Positions 16,673 to 27,341 of a stretch of 32,000 nucleotides of DNA are shown in pieces (position 1 is the stretch's first letter; each line of letters opens with the position of its first letter). The translations under genes and the position numbers were made by a program. The stretch is from Guillardia theta nucleomorph (lineage: Eukaryota; Protista; Cryptophyta): positions 120,001 to 152,000 of the forward strand of contig AF083031.2 in assembly GCA_000002975.1 (NCBI GenBank). Direction: 5' to 3'. The notes under the pieces were generated by a model. That model worked only from the letters and a program-made list of their open reading frames with translations, made no database searches and was not told where the DNA came from.

Positions 16673-17278
16673 CTACATAGTCCTTATGTTGAATCTTACA
16701 TAATTAAATTCTCTTAAATAATCTCCTACATTTTTTTTTGAAAATTCTTTGTATTTTACAATAAAAAACAAAGCTCCATAACTTTTGTTCACATCAATTC
16801 TTTTGCCATTGAAATTAGTAATAAAGTTAAAATTATTATATAGCATATAGTTATTAAAAGGATACATAAAGATATTATTTGAGTATAATATAGGAGAACT
16901 AATCTCTTTGTAAATAAGGAAATCTTTCCATATAATGAAATATTTTATTATTTTCACTGATAAAAATTCAGAAAAAAATATATTTAAATAGAAAATATCA
17001 TATATTATAGTGTAATATGGAGAGACAGAGAGAAAATTAAAAATATTTACAAAATAATTATTTGTAATATTTTTGTTGAAAACCCACAAGGGATATTCAA
17101 TTTCTAAATTATTAAGAAAAACAAATTTTAATTTTTTTAGCTTTAAATTGCTTTCATTATAATTGGTTTTATAAATCAAATCTTCTTTATTTTTTGGAAA
17201 TCCAAGCTTTCTGTTTAAAACAATTAAATTTAGATGAATTTTTAAGTCGTAACATCTCATTAAATTTATATTTTTCAT
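16673..17278 (-). CDS. hypothetical protein (201 aa), weak resemblance to tRNA-splicing endonuclease Sen2
   Basis: The ORF itself is well supported. KY....KDFLIYK..P, VNK and C-terminal YLREFNYVRFN echo Sen2 KYGTDLLLY..GP, VSK and VEEVLYKRW, but the match is weak. Confidence 0.4.
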   Translation of the reverse strand: MKNINLMRCYDLKIHLNLIVLNRKLGFPKNKEDLIYKTNYNESNLKLKKLKFVFLNNLEIEYPLWVFNKNITNNYFVNIFNFLSVSPYYTIIYDIFYLNIFFSEFLSVKIIKYFIIWKDFLIYKEISSPILYSNNIFMYPFNNYMLYNNFNFITNFNGKRIDVNKSYGALFFIVKYKEFSKKNVGDYLREFNYVRFNIRTM

Positions 17279-17328
17279 TAATATTTTAATTAAGAAATGA
17301 ATTATTGAAATTTAAACACAAGTACAAG

Positions 17329-19194
17329 TTAATTAAACAGTTCAGTAGTACAATTTGACAAAAACTTTAAAATTTCTATAACTTTATAGTATTTCTTTAA
17401 AAAAATTTTCTTAATTGTATTGTTACAAAAATACAACAAATATCTTATGTATATTAATAATGCATAAGAAAACTCTTTTTTACTGATAATTTTCTTGAAA
17501 CAAAATTTAGATAAAATTTTTGAAATCATAAGTATAATTTCAACCATTCTGAAAGTTATTTTACATTTGCTTGTTAAGAAATTTTCATTTTTAATTTTGA
17601 TGTAGAATTTAATGATTGGATCAAAATCATTAAAGTTATAAGCGGGATCTTTAAGATTTCTAATGTAATTAATATAATTTAAAACAAATGATTTATCGAT
17701 AATCTTTTTTTGATTAAATGTTTTTGAAAAATTATTGATTTTATGATATTTATTTTGATAAAAACAATTACATTTTTCTTTAATTATTCCAAAATCAAAT
17801 AAATCAAATAAATCATTTTGAAAAATTATTTTATCATAAAAATCAGAAAAATTTTTACAAGAGTAGTTTGGTTTTAAGATAATTATAAAAGTATGTCCAA
17901 ATGTAATTTTTTCTTTATTTTGGGAATATTTTGTAAGGAAATTCTTCAATTTAGTATAAAAATTTAAATACAAAGATATGACATCTATTTCACCATCTAC
18001 CTCTATAAATGATACATAATTTACCAGTTGTTTACCAAGAGAAATAGAATTAAGATTATTTTTTGACTCATAAATTTTAAAATCAAAATTTTTGTTAGGA
18101 TTTATACATAAATTAATAAAATTACTTTTAAAAAGGATCATTCTGAAAAATTTAAATGTATCATAAATACATTTTTTACAATTATCATATAAAAAAAAAT
18201 AATTAGCATAAAATTTTGATTGCTTTTCGATATCAACATAGCAATTTTGATTTAAAGATAAAGAACAACTCAAAAGAGATAATTTGAATCCCAGTGTTCC
18301 TTTAAAAAAATTATCTGAAGATTTTAAAAAATATAATAATAACAAATGTTTATCAATCATATAACGTATTTTGAAATAATGATTTACATTCATTCTAGAT
18401 GAAATTTCTATTGTTTTATTTTGAATCGTCAGTCCCTCTAAAAAAATTTTAATAAAGCTTCTTTGAGTTTTATTTTTAATACATGGTAAAGAACCCACTC
18501 TGTTAATTCCAACAACTTGAACAATATCTCCCACATTAAATAAATTTAAATTTTTGTCTTTAAATAAAACATAAATTTTATTAGGTATGTTTACATCAAT
18601 TACACCTTTTTTGGTTTCTTGTAATTTTAGCAACACATAATCTTCATATCTTGTATACATAGAAATATTAATAATATTATCAGATCTACAAGTTTTACAA
18701 TCTTTCAAGACTTTTATATTTTCTTTTAACTGATTTTTTATTATAATTTTCTTTTCAAGGCAATTTTTACAAATTATCGATTGGAATACTTTTTTTTTTC
18801 TAAAATGAGATTTAAATATTATTGTTCCTTCGATTCCAATCAAACAATTTATCTTTTGCTTGAAAATTTTCTCTATCTTGACGAAATATACATAATTAGA
18901 AAGTGTTACTGTGAAGTTCCATGAGTTGACAATTTTATTTGTAAATAATTTACAGAACTTACAAATTATTTTTTTGAAAAGAAGTAAGATAAAATCTGGA
19001 TAATCAATTAAAAGTATTCCTAAAATTGGATCCGTTAGAGAAATGTGAATGAATGATATTACAAAATTTTTATCATTATTTTCAGAAAAATCAACTAATT
19101 TTTTTATGTATAAAAAATTTGATTTTTTTTCATCCATTATATTAAAAAAAAATTTTATTATTTTGTCTATTAATAGTTTATGTTCAGTATTCAT
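17329..19194 (-). CDS. MCM-family protein with a degenerate AAA+ domain
   Basis: N-domain zinc finger CKNC..CKTC, OB-fold YEDYVLLKLQE..IP..VGDIVQVVGI, C-terminal LNYINYIR..P and ITFRMVEIIL. No Walker A GDPxxxKS or Walker B IDEFDKM. Confidence 0.75.
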   Translation of the reverse strand: MNTEHKLLIDKIIKFFFNIMDEKKSNFLYIKKLVDFSENNDKNFVISFIHISLTDPILGILLIDYPDFILLLFKKIICKFCKLFTNKIVNSWNFTVTLSNYVYFVKIEKIFKQKINCLIGIEGTIIFKSHFRKKKVFQSIICKNCLEKKIIIKNQLKENIKVLKDCKTCRSDNIINISMYTRYEDYVLLKLQETKKGVIDVNIPNKIYVLFKDKNLNLFNVGDIVQVVGINRVGSLPCIKNKTQRSFIKIFLEGLTIQNKTIEISSRMNVNHYFKIRYMIDKHLLLLYFLKSSDNFFKGTLGFKLSLLSCSLSLNQNCYVDIEKQSKFYANYFFLYDNCKKCIYDTFKFFRMILFKSNFINLCINPNKNFDFKIYESKNNLNSISLGKQLVNYVSFIEVDGEIDVISLYLNFYTKLKNFLTKYSQNKEKITFGHTFIIILKPNYSCKNFSDFYDKIIFQNDLFDLFDFGIIKEKCNCFYQNKYHKINNFSKTFNQKKIIDKSFVLNYINYIRNLKDPAYNFNDFDPIIKFYIKIKNENFLTSKCKITFRMVEIILMISKILSKFCFKKIISKKEFSYALLIYIRYLLYFCNNTIKKIFLKKYYKVIEILKFLSNCTTELFN

Positions 19195-19277
19195 ACTAAA
19201 TTCTTACTTACAATTTTCAAAAAAACAATTCTCGAAAAATAAATTATTGTTAGGGTGAAAATTATTATAATTTAAAC

Positions 19278-20144
19278 TTATAAAATTTCAATATACTTTT
19301 TAATTACTAATACAATTAATATGTGTTGAGAAATTAATTTTTTAAATATTGAGTTGAATAAACAGAATTTTATAATATTTGAAATAGAAAAAGTAATTAA
19401 AAATTCATTTTTAGTGAACATAAAGTAATATTTATAATCCTTGTAGTTAGTAACCCCAAGGACATTATTTGTTGAATTAAATATATTTGATCCACAGCGA
19501 ATTTTTTCATTAAAAAATGATTTTAAACTAAAATCTTTCGAGCTATCAATATTTTTAAATTTAAATTTTTTACAAATTAGATAAATTTCTGCTGAATTCG
19601 GTCGCGAAGATTTAGGTTTTTTTATAAATACTTTTTCAAACATATTTTTCACAACAAATAGGATTTTATTGAAATTTTCAGATCTAAAAATTTTTGTTAT
19701 GAACCATCCATTATTCTTTAAAAATAATCTGATTATTCGAAGACAATATAATACTAGAATATTTTGATTATAAGCGTCTCTGTTCCAAAAAGTCCCCATT
19801 TTAGGAGAACCATCGTTCAAAATTATACAAAACTTTCTATTTGTTTTAATGACAATTTTTTCGAGAAGTCCTATCAAATTTGGAGAAGTTATATCTCCTA
19901 TAAAAGTTTCACATTTTTTAATTGGTGATATTTTTTGTGCATCAACTCCAAAAATTTTACAATTTTCATTTGACAATATTCTACACATTTGTAACCAACC
20001 TCCAGGTGCAGAACATAAATCTAAAATACTTCGAGACTTTTTAAAAAAATTAAATTTGTCGTTTAAATGAAGTAATTTAAAAGCTGCACGTGATCTTAAG
20101 TTAAATTTTTTTGCCTGATGATACCAGTAGTCTTTATTCTTCAT
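19278..20144 (-). CDS. spb1: Spb1/FtsJ-family rRNA 2'-O-methyltransferase (MTase domain only)
   Basis: YHQAK...RSRAAFKL, LDLCSAPGGWLQ, ILNDGSP, FITKIFRS and KPKSSR..SAEIY. Confidence 0.9.
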   Translation of the reverse strand: MKNKDYWYHQAKKFNLRSRAAFKLLHLNDKFNFFKKSRSILDLCSAPGGWLQMCRILSNENCKIFGVDAQKISPIKKCETFIGDITSPNLIGLLEKIVIKTNRKFCIILNDGSPKMGTFWNRDAYNQNILVLYCLRIIRLFLKNNGWFITKIFRSENFNKILFVVKNMFEKVFIKKPKSSRPNSAEIYLICKKFKFKNIDSSKDFSLKSFFNEKIRCGSNIFNSTNNVLGVTNYKDYKYYFMFTKNEFLITFSISNIIKFCLFNSIFKKLISQHILIVLVIKKYIEIL

Positions 20145-20213
20145 TTTTGATTCAATAAATAAAAATTTTATTATTATGTGTTAAATATTTTAAAACAATA
20201 TATACATTATATA

Positions 20214-20272
20214 AATAAATGATGATAGTTTGACGGTCTAATGATATCAATGAAAATCAATTCACCTGAACT
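20214..20272 (+). ncRNA. box C/D snoRNA, snR73/U35-like D' guide (LSU Cm2959, yeast numbering)
   Basis: Box C ATGATGA 20219-20225; guide TGACGGTCTA complementary to conserved LSU UAGACCGUCG; D' ATGA 20241-20244; C'-like ATGAAA; box D CTGA 20266-20269. Confidence 0.82.
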
Positions 20273-21347
20273 ATAATTTTATATTCTTTTTCCTTAGTTT
20301 GCAGATGAAAAATCCATCTACATTATGTACATGAGGATAAAACCTTTTACATTTTTTCATACTCTCATCAAATCTTATATTCTTGTACGTTGTTAAGCCT
20401 GGTAATCCAAAATCTATCCCAGTTGAAATGATTTCTACATTTCTTTTACTCAAAACGTATTGAATAACGCATTCATTTTCTTCTACAGATATGGAACATG
20501 TGGAGTAAACTATAATATTTCCCATAGGAGATATTCCGTTACATGCGTCGATAGCTGCAATCAAAAGCCTTTTTTGTAAATTAGAATTTAAAATGACAAT
20601 ATGTTTGTTAATTTTTTTTATAAGAGGATCATGACTTACTAAACCTGACCCAGAACATGGTGCATCTAGTAAAACTCTATGAAAACCTTTCATTATAAAC
20701 GGAATTAGTATTCCATCGTAATTTGCAATTATTGAATTATCAACATTCAATCTATGTATTGAATTCACAAGTGATTTTATCCTCAATTTTTTAATATCAT
20801 TACTTATTAAAATCCCATTATTTCTCATGAATTGTGAAATTAAAGTAGATTTGTTTCCAGGAGCAGCCGCTAAGTCTAATATTTTTTCATTTGTAGTAGG
20901 ATCTAATGAAATAACTGGCAACAACGATGATATACTTTGCAAAGTATAATATCCACAAAGATACTCTGTAGTCGACCCTAAAGATATTGAAGAATTTAAA
21001 CAAATAAAAGCTAAATCGTTGAAATGATTGAATCTACATAATTTTATTCCTTTTCTTACTATTAAATTAACTGTTTCAATTGAGTTTTTTTTTAAGGAGT
21101 TAATTCTTATACTTAAAGGCCTCTTTTTTTCATTCGATGTAAGAAATTCATAAATTTCTTGTAAATCGAAAATATTACAAATCATAGATAAGAAAAATTT
21201 GCTATAACCAAAAATTTTTAATAATTCTTTGATTATCAATTTTTTATAGTAATTTTTAAATAAAAATTTTTTATTCTTATTGATGTGATTGTTTATTCTA
21301 AGTAAATGCTTAATTCTTATTGAGTTTAAAATTTGTTTTAATTTCAT
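20271..21347 (-). CDS. nop2: Nop2 rRNA m5C methyltransferase
   Basis: LDLAAAPGNKS, RVLLDAPCSGSG, VYSTCSI..EENE and RFYPHVHNVDGFF. Confidence 0.95.
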   Translation of the reverse strand: MKLKQILNSIRIKHLLRINNHINKNKKFLFKNYYKKLIIKELLKIFGYSKFFLSMICNIFDLQEIYEFLTSNEKKRPLSIRINSLKKNSIETVNLIVRKGIKLCRFNHFNDLAFICLNSSISLGSTTEYLCGYYTLQSISSLLPVISLDPTTNEKILDLAAAPGNKSTLISQFMRNNGILISNDIKKLRIKSLVNSIHRLNVDNSIIANYDGILIPFIMKGFHRVLLDAPCSGSGLVSHDPLIKKINKHIVILNSNLQKRLLIAAIDACNGISPMGNIIVYSTCSISVEENECVIQYVLSKRNVEIISTGIDFGLPGLTTYKNIRFDESMKKCKRFYPHVHNVDGFFICKLRKKNIKL

Positions 21348-21390
21348 TCTTTTAAAAGTAACTAAATAATTTATTTAAAATTTTAAAAAA

Positions 21391-22224
21391 ATGAAAATTA
21401 GCTGTATTATGCTATTTGAATCTGACAAATTAGTATCATTTTTGAATACTAACTTAAATAAAAATGTCAATCTAAATCTTTTGATTTACATTATTATTAA
21501 AATCATTCTTGAACAAAATTTTAGGACTAAATTTACATTAATCCATTCTAATTCCAATTTTTCAAATCAGCTGAGCCATTTTAGTGGTAATATAAATCAT
21601 CATATTCAGGCATTAAACTATCGTTTTAAAAATGAATCAAATGAAAAATACGGAAAGAGATTAATTGATATGTGCAAATTTCTATTTGAAATTGAAAAAA
21701 AACATTACAACTTTATTCTTAATTTTTCTTTAGCTGATTTAAATTACTTATCCTTTAATAATTTCATAGCTTTTGTAAAATCTTTCAAAGTAATTTATAT
21801 AAACTTTTTAATCGATAATAATTCAATAAGAAACAAGTTTTTATGCAAATTATCCGGAGGATTTTGTTTAAAAATCAAAGAATACAAATCAATTGATGTA
21901 GCTAATATGTTTTCTGATCATTTTCAAATTCTTTTAAAAAAAAATTTAAGCTTCTTTATTAATTATAAAGAATTAAATATCAAAGCTAAGTTCATAGATC
22001 TTTCGATATTCTCATACTATGCATTTTATTGTAACAATTGTAAACATAAATACAAAAAACATAATTTTTTTTTATCATGTAAAAATTGTAAAAAAGTTAA
22101 TAATAATAATAAAATTTTTAAAAATTTTAAATTAAAAATATCAGATATTTTGTTTAACAGAAATATTTTTAATATTTATAGTATTTGTAATCTAAAAACA
22201 TTTAGCTGTATGGTGAAAAAATAA
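21391..22224 (+). CDS. diverged TFIIH p44/Ssl1-like subunit (vWA plus C4 zinc finger)
   Basis: EQNFRTKFTLI vs DQNPISQIGII; LSHFSGNINHHIQAL vs LTELSGNPRKHITSL; LCKLSGG; FYCNNC..KY...CKNC. Confidence 0.62.
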   Translation: MKISCIMLFESDKLVSFLNTNLNKNVNLNLLIYIIIKIILEQNFRTKFTLIHSNSNFSNQLSHFSGNINHHIQALNYRFKNESNEKYGKRLIDMCKFLFEIEKKHYNFILNFSLADLNYLSFNNFIAFVKSFKVIYINFLIDNNSIRNKFLCKLSGGFCLKIKEYKSIDVANMFSDHFQILLKKNLSFFINYKELNIKAKFIDLSIFSYYAFYCNNCKHKYKKHNFFLSCKNCKKVNNNNKIFKNFKLKISDILFNRNIFNIYSICNLKTFSCMVKK

Positions 22225-22257
22225 GTTTAAGAATTATTTATAGCCTTTATGCTACTT

Positions 22258-22719
22258 TTAATATTTAGGAATGTTGGTAGAATTATTAGTTAAAGAAATT
22301 CTAATATGACAAGGATTACTTTCAAACGAATTTACCCGTCCATGAGCCCTGAAAGTCCTCCTTCTACCTCTTACCGCTTGATTTATATTAATATTTTTAA
22401 TATAAAATGGGTTATCCTCTGATTTATTTTTTGAAACTATGGAATTAAGATTTTTAATAAGTGACAAAATTATTTTAGCAGATTTTTTTGGCCATCTTCC
22501 ACTAATATTTTTTGATTGATTAACCTGAGATTTTCTACCAATTCCGTATCTGTATACTTTGAATGGTACGATTTCTTTTTTCAGAATTACATTTTTGAGA
22601 AAATTTTCTGCTCTACCTAGCGTCATCCCTATAATACAACATCCCACTTCTCTTGTGTTTTTCAGATGAACTTTCTGGTTTTTTAACATACAACTTATTT
22701 CATTTTTATAATTCTTCAT
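22258..22719 (-). CDS. rpl17: 60S ribosomal protein L17 (uL22)
   Basis: VHLKNTRE, GRWPKKSA and RRRTFRAHGRVN...PCHI. Confidence 0.96.
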   Translation of the reverse strand: MKNYKNEISCMLKNQKVHLKNTREVGCCIIGMTLGRAENFLKNVILKKEIVPFKVYRYGIGRKSQVNQSKNISGRWPKKSAKIILSLIKNLNSIVSKNKSEDNPFYIKNININQAVRGRRRTFRAHGRVNSFESNPCHIRISLTNNSTNIPKY

Positions 22720-22747
22720 TGTTCAACAAAGGTTTGAGTGCAAGGCT

Positions 22748-23398
22748 CTAATAAATTCTAACAGGCTTTCCCATTGTTGATTTAACAAATAGACTCTTGA
22801 CATTTTGCCAATTTTTTTTTAATAGAGAGATTAAAAAATTTATTGTTATAGATAAATTTTCTACGATTTCATTTATTTTCATATCACAATTACCAATCAA
22901 AAGGCCAATACATAAAACTTTTTTAATTTCAATTTTAATTGTTGATTTCATTTGTTTGATTTTCTCCAATAAATCATCTGAATTTGAAAGCAAACCAGGA
23001 AATTTACCTGCTTTATTCAAACCAGGACCTAATATTCTGGGAATAGACCTAATAATTGATTCTGATGCTAAAAAAGAGTTGTATTGCTTTGCAAACTTTT
23101 TTATAGGTTTTTTTTGCTTATTAAATCTTTTTAAATCATCCACGTCATATGCATCAATTTTAAATCTTTTAGCCTGTTCGATATGAGTTGAATCTCCAAG
23201 AATTGCAATCTTAATGTTTTCCTTGGGAACAAATGGTAAGGTAATAGTACCAGATAATCTTTTTTCTTTTTTAGGATCATAATTTTTAATTCCAATTTGT
23301 AGTTCTATAGATTCATTGAATTTTCTTTTCTGGATTTTAGACGAATTCAAAATAGATTTTAAGGCATTTTCAAGTTTGGATCTAGAAACTTTCTCCAT
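22748..23398 (-). CDS. rpl10A: 60S ribosomal protein L10A (uL1)
   Basis: ELQIGIKNYDP, IPRILGPGLNKAGKFP and LLKKNWQNV.SL..KSTMG. Confidence 0.97.
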   Translation of the reverse strand: MEKVSRSKLENALKSILNSSKIQKRKFNESIELQIGIKNYDPKKEKRLSGTITLPFVPKENIKIAILGDSTHIEQAKRFKIDAYDVDDLKRFNKQKKPIKKFAKQYNSFLASESIIRSIPRILGPGLNKAGKFPGLLSNSDDLLEKIKQMKSTIKIEIKKVLCIGLLIGNCDMKINEIVENLSITINFLISLLKKNWQNVKSLFVKSTMGKPVRIY

Positions 23399-23449
23399 AA
23401 ATTTATATCTAAATTTGGTTATTTATAAATATAATTATATATACTGATA

Positions 23450-24409
23450 TTAGAAAAAATATTTAAAATCAATTATATAGAACTTGAAAAACAATACTTT
23501 TGTTTTTAAATTATTAATTAATAACATAAAAATTAAATTTTGATCAATAGTTTCTTTATAGAAATTAAAACTAAATTTTAAAAATTGTCTATTATCTTTT
23601 AATAATAAATTCAATTTATTGTTAGAATGTGTTACAAATTTTACACAAAAATAATTTAATAAGTTGATAATTAGTCTCAAAAATAAATAGTTTATTAGTA
23701 AAGAGCATCTTTCTATTATCAGATAATTTGTAGCAATATTTATTCGTAGAAAGAGGTATATCATATATATATTTTTTTCTCCCAATATAAAAACTAAAAA
23801 TCTTTCAACATCAAATAAAGAAAAAAATTTATTTTTTCTAAATATTTTTTTGTAAATTTTAAATTCATTGTTTTTATTAAAAATAAGTTGAAGTCGCCTA
23901 AAATAATTTAACAAGTAATTGCATTTTACTGTACAGCATTTGAAAGTTGTAGGATTATTTTTTTCTCTAAAAAATTTAATAATATCAAGTGATTTTGAAC
24001 ACCCCATTTTTCCATTTTTTGTAAAATATTTAGTTGTACTAAAATTTTCAGTAGCTATGTTATAAAAAAATATTTTTAAATTTAAATCTAAAAAATATAC
24101 TAATTTAAATGAAAATATCTGCTTATCTGATATTATAAGATTTAAATTTATTATAAATTTCTTTAAAATGCACTCAAGTTCATTCATAAACATTTTTTGA
24201 TCAAAACAAATTATATGATTTTTAAAATTTGATAAAAAAAGAATTTTAATAAAACATAGAAAAAAAAAACCGACATTATAATAAAAAAAAAAATCAATTT
24301 TTTCGTAAATATTTTTTAAATATCTGAAATCATATTCATTTGATTTTATTTTAGATTCATCGAAACAATTATTTCTGCATAATTCTAATTTTATACTTGA
24401 TCTATTCAT
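23450..24409 (-). CDS. hypothetical protein (about 319 aa), F/I/K/N-rich ORFan
   Basis: Long ORF with first ATG at 24409. No motif recognised. Confidence 0.55.
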   Translation of the reverse strand: MNRSSIKLELCRNNCFDESKIKSNEYDFRYLKNIYEKIDFFFYYNVGFFFLCFIKILFLSNFKNHIICFDQKMFMNELECILKKFIINLNLIISDKQIFSFKLVYFLDLNLKIFFYNIATENFSTTKYFTKNGKMGCSKSLDIIKFFREKNNPTTFKCCTVKCNYLLNYFRRLQLIFNKNNEFKIYKKIFRKNKFFSLFDVERFLVFILGEKNIYMIYLFLRINIATNYLIIERCSLLINYLFLRLIINLLNYFCVKFVTHSNNKLNLLLKDNRQFLKFSFNFYKETIDQNLIFMLLINNLKTKVLFFKFYIIDFKYFF

Positions 24410-24432
24410 CAAAACCAAGAATATTTTAAATA

Positions 24433-24990
24433 TTAATGTTTATCTAAAAAATACAAATAATTGAATAAAAAATATTTTAAATTAAACACCTTTCTTACAT
24501 AATTAATGAAGAGTATATTGAAAATGAAATTCATTTTAGAAACTTTTATTATAGAAGTATTATAATTTTTTTTTTTTATTTCATTAGATATAATATTTAA
24601 AAGTGTCTCTTTTTCTTTTAATAAATAATGAAACAAAATTTTTTTTCTTTGATACCACCAAATAGGACCTTCCATATGATAATAATGTGTACATAAAAAA
24701 CATCCACTTAAGTTGTGAACAGATTTAAATTCCAATAAAATATTTTCTCTATTATTAAATTTATTTAAATTTTTGTAATGTGATCCTTGTAAACTACATA
24801 GATTCCTATAAATTACTATGACCCAATACTTTATCAAATTATAGTCTATTTTATCAATTAAACTTTTTTTTAATTTATTCCGATTTACTAAAAAATTTTT
24901 ATAAATAATTCGATTGAGAATCCAATGTTGTTCTGTACGAATCCATTCTTCTTTTATCAACTTTGTAGATTTGAATTCTTTTACAACCAT
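24433..24990 (-). CDS. bud31: diverged Bud31/G10-family splicing factor
   Basis: W....HW..NRIIY, IDYNLIKYW...YRNLCSL and SGCFLC align with Bud31 W...HHQKTRYIF, ADKNLIAKW...YENLCCL and CGCRGC. Confidence 0.72.
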   Translation of the reverse strand: MVVKEFKSTKLIKEEWIRTEQHWILNRIIYKNFLVNRNKLKKSLIDKIDYNLIKYWVIVIYRNLCSLQGSHYKNLNKFNNRENILLEFKSVHNLSGCFLCTHYYHMEGPIWWYQRKKILFHYLLKEKETLLNIISNEIKKKNYNTSIIKVSKMNFIFNILFINYVRKVFNLKYFLFNYLYFLDKH

Positions 24991-25038
24991 TTTTTAAATT
25001 TATTTTATTATAAAATATAATACTAAATTAAATAATTG

Positions 25039-27315
<2,277 letters not shown>

Positions 27316-27341
27316 TTAGTTAATTTTTAAAATAAAACATA

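Noticed and set aside
20256-20265. snoRNA D guide CAATTCAC matching 5.8S GUGAAUUG
   Set aside because: Only 8 nt, and the +5 position does not fall on the known 5.8S Gm site; left unassigned.
22241-22259. TAGC-CTTTAT-GCTA hairpin with T-run, resembling U5 loop I or a terminator
   Set aside because: Only a 4-bp stem, the loop does not match GCCTTTTAC, and there is no room for a U5 body.
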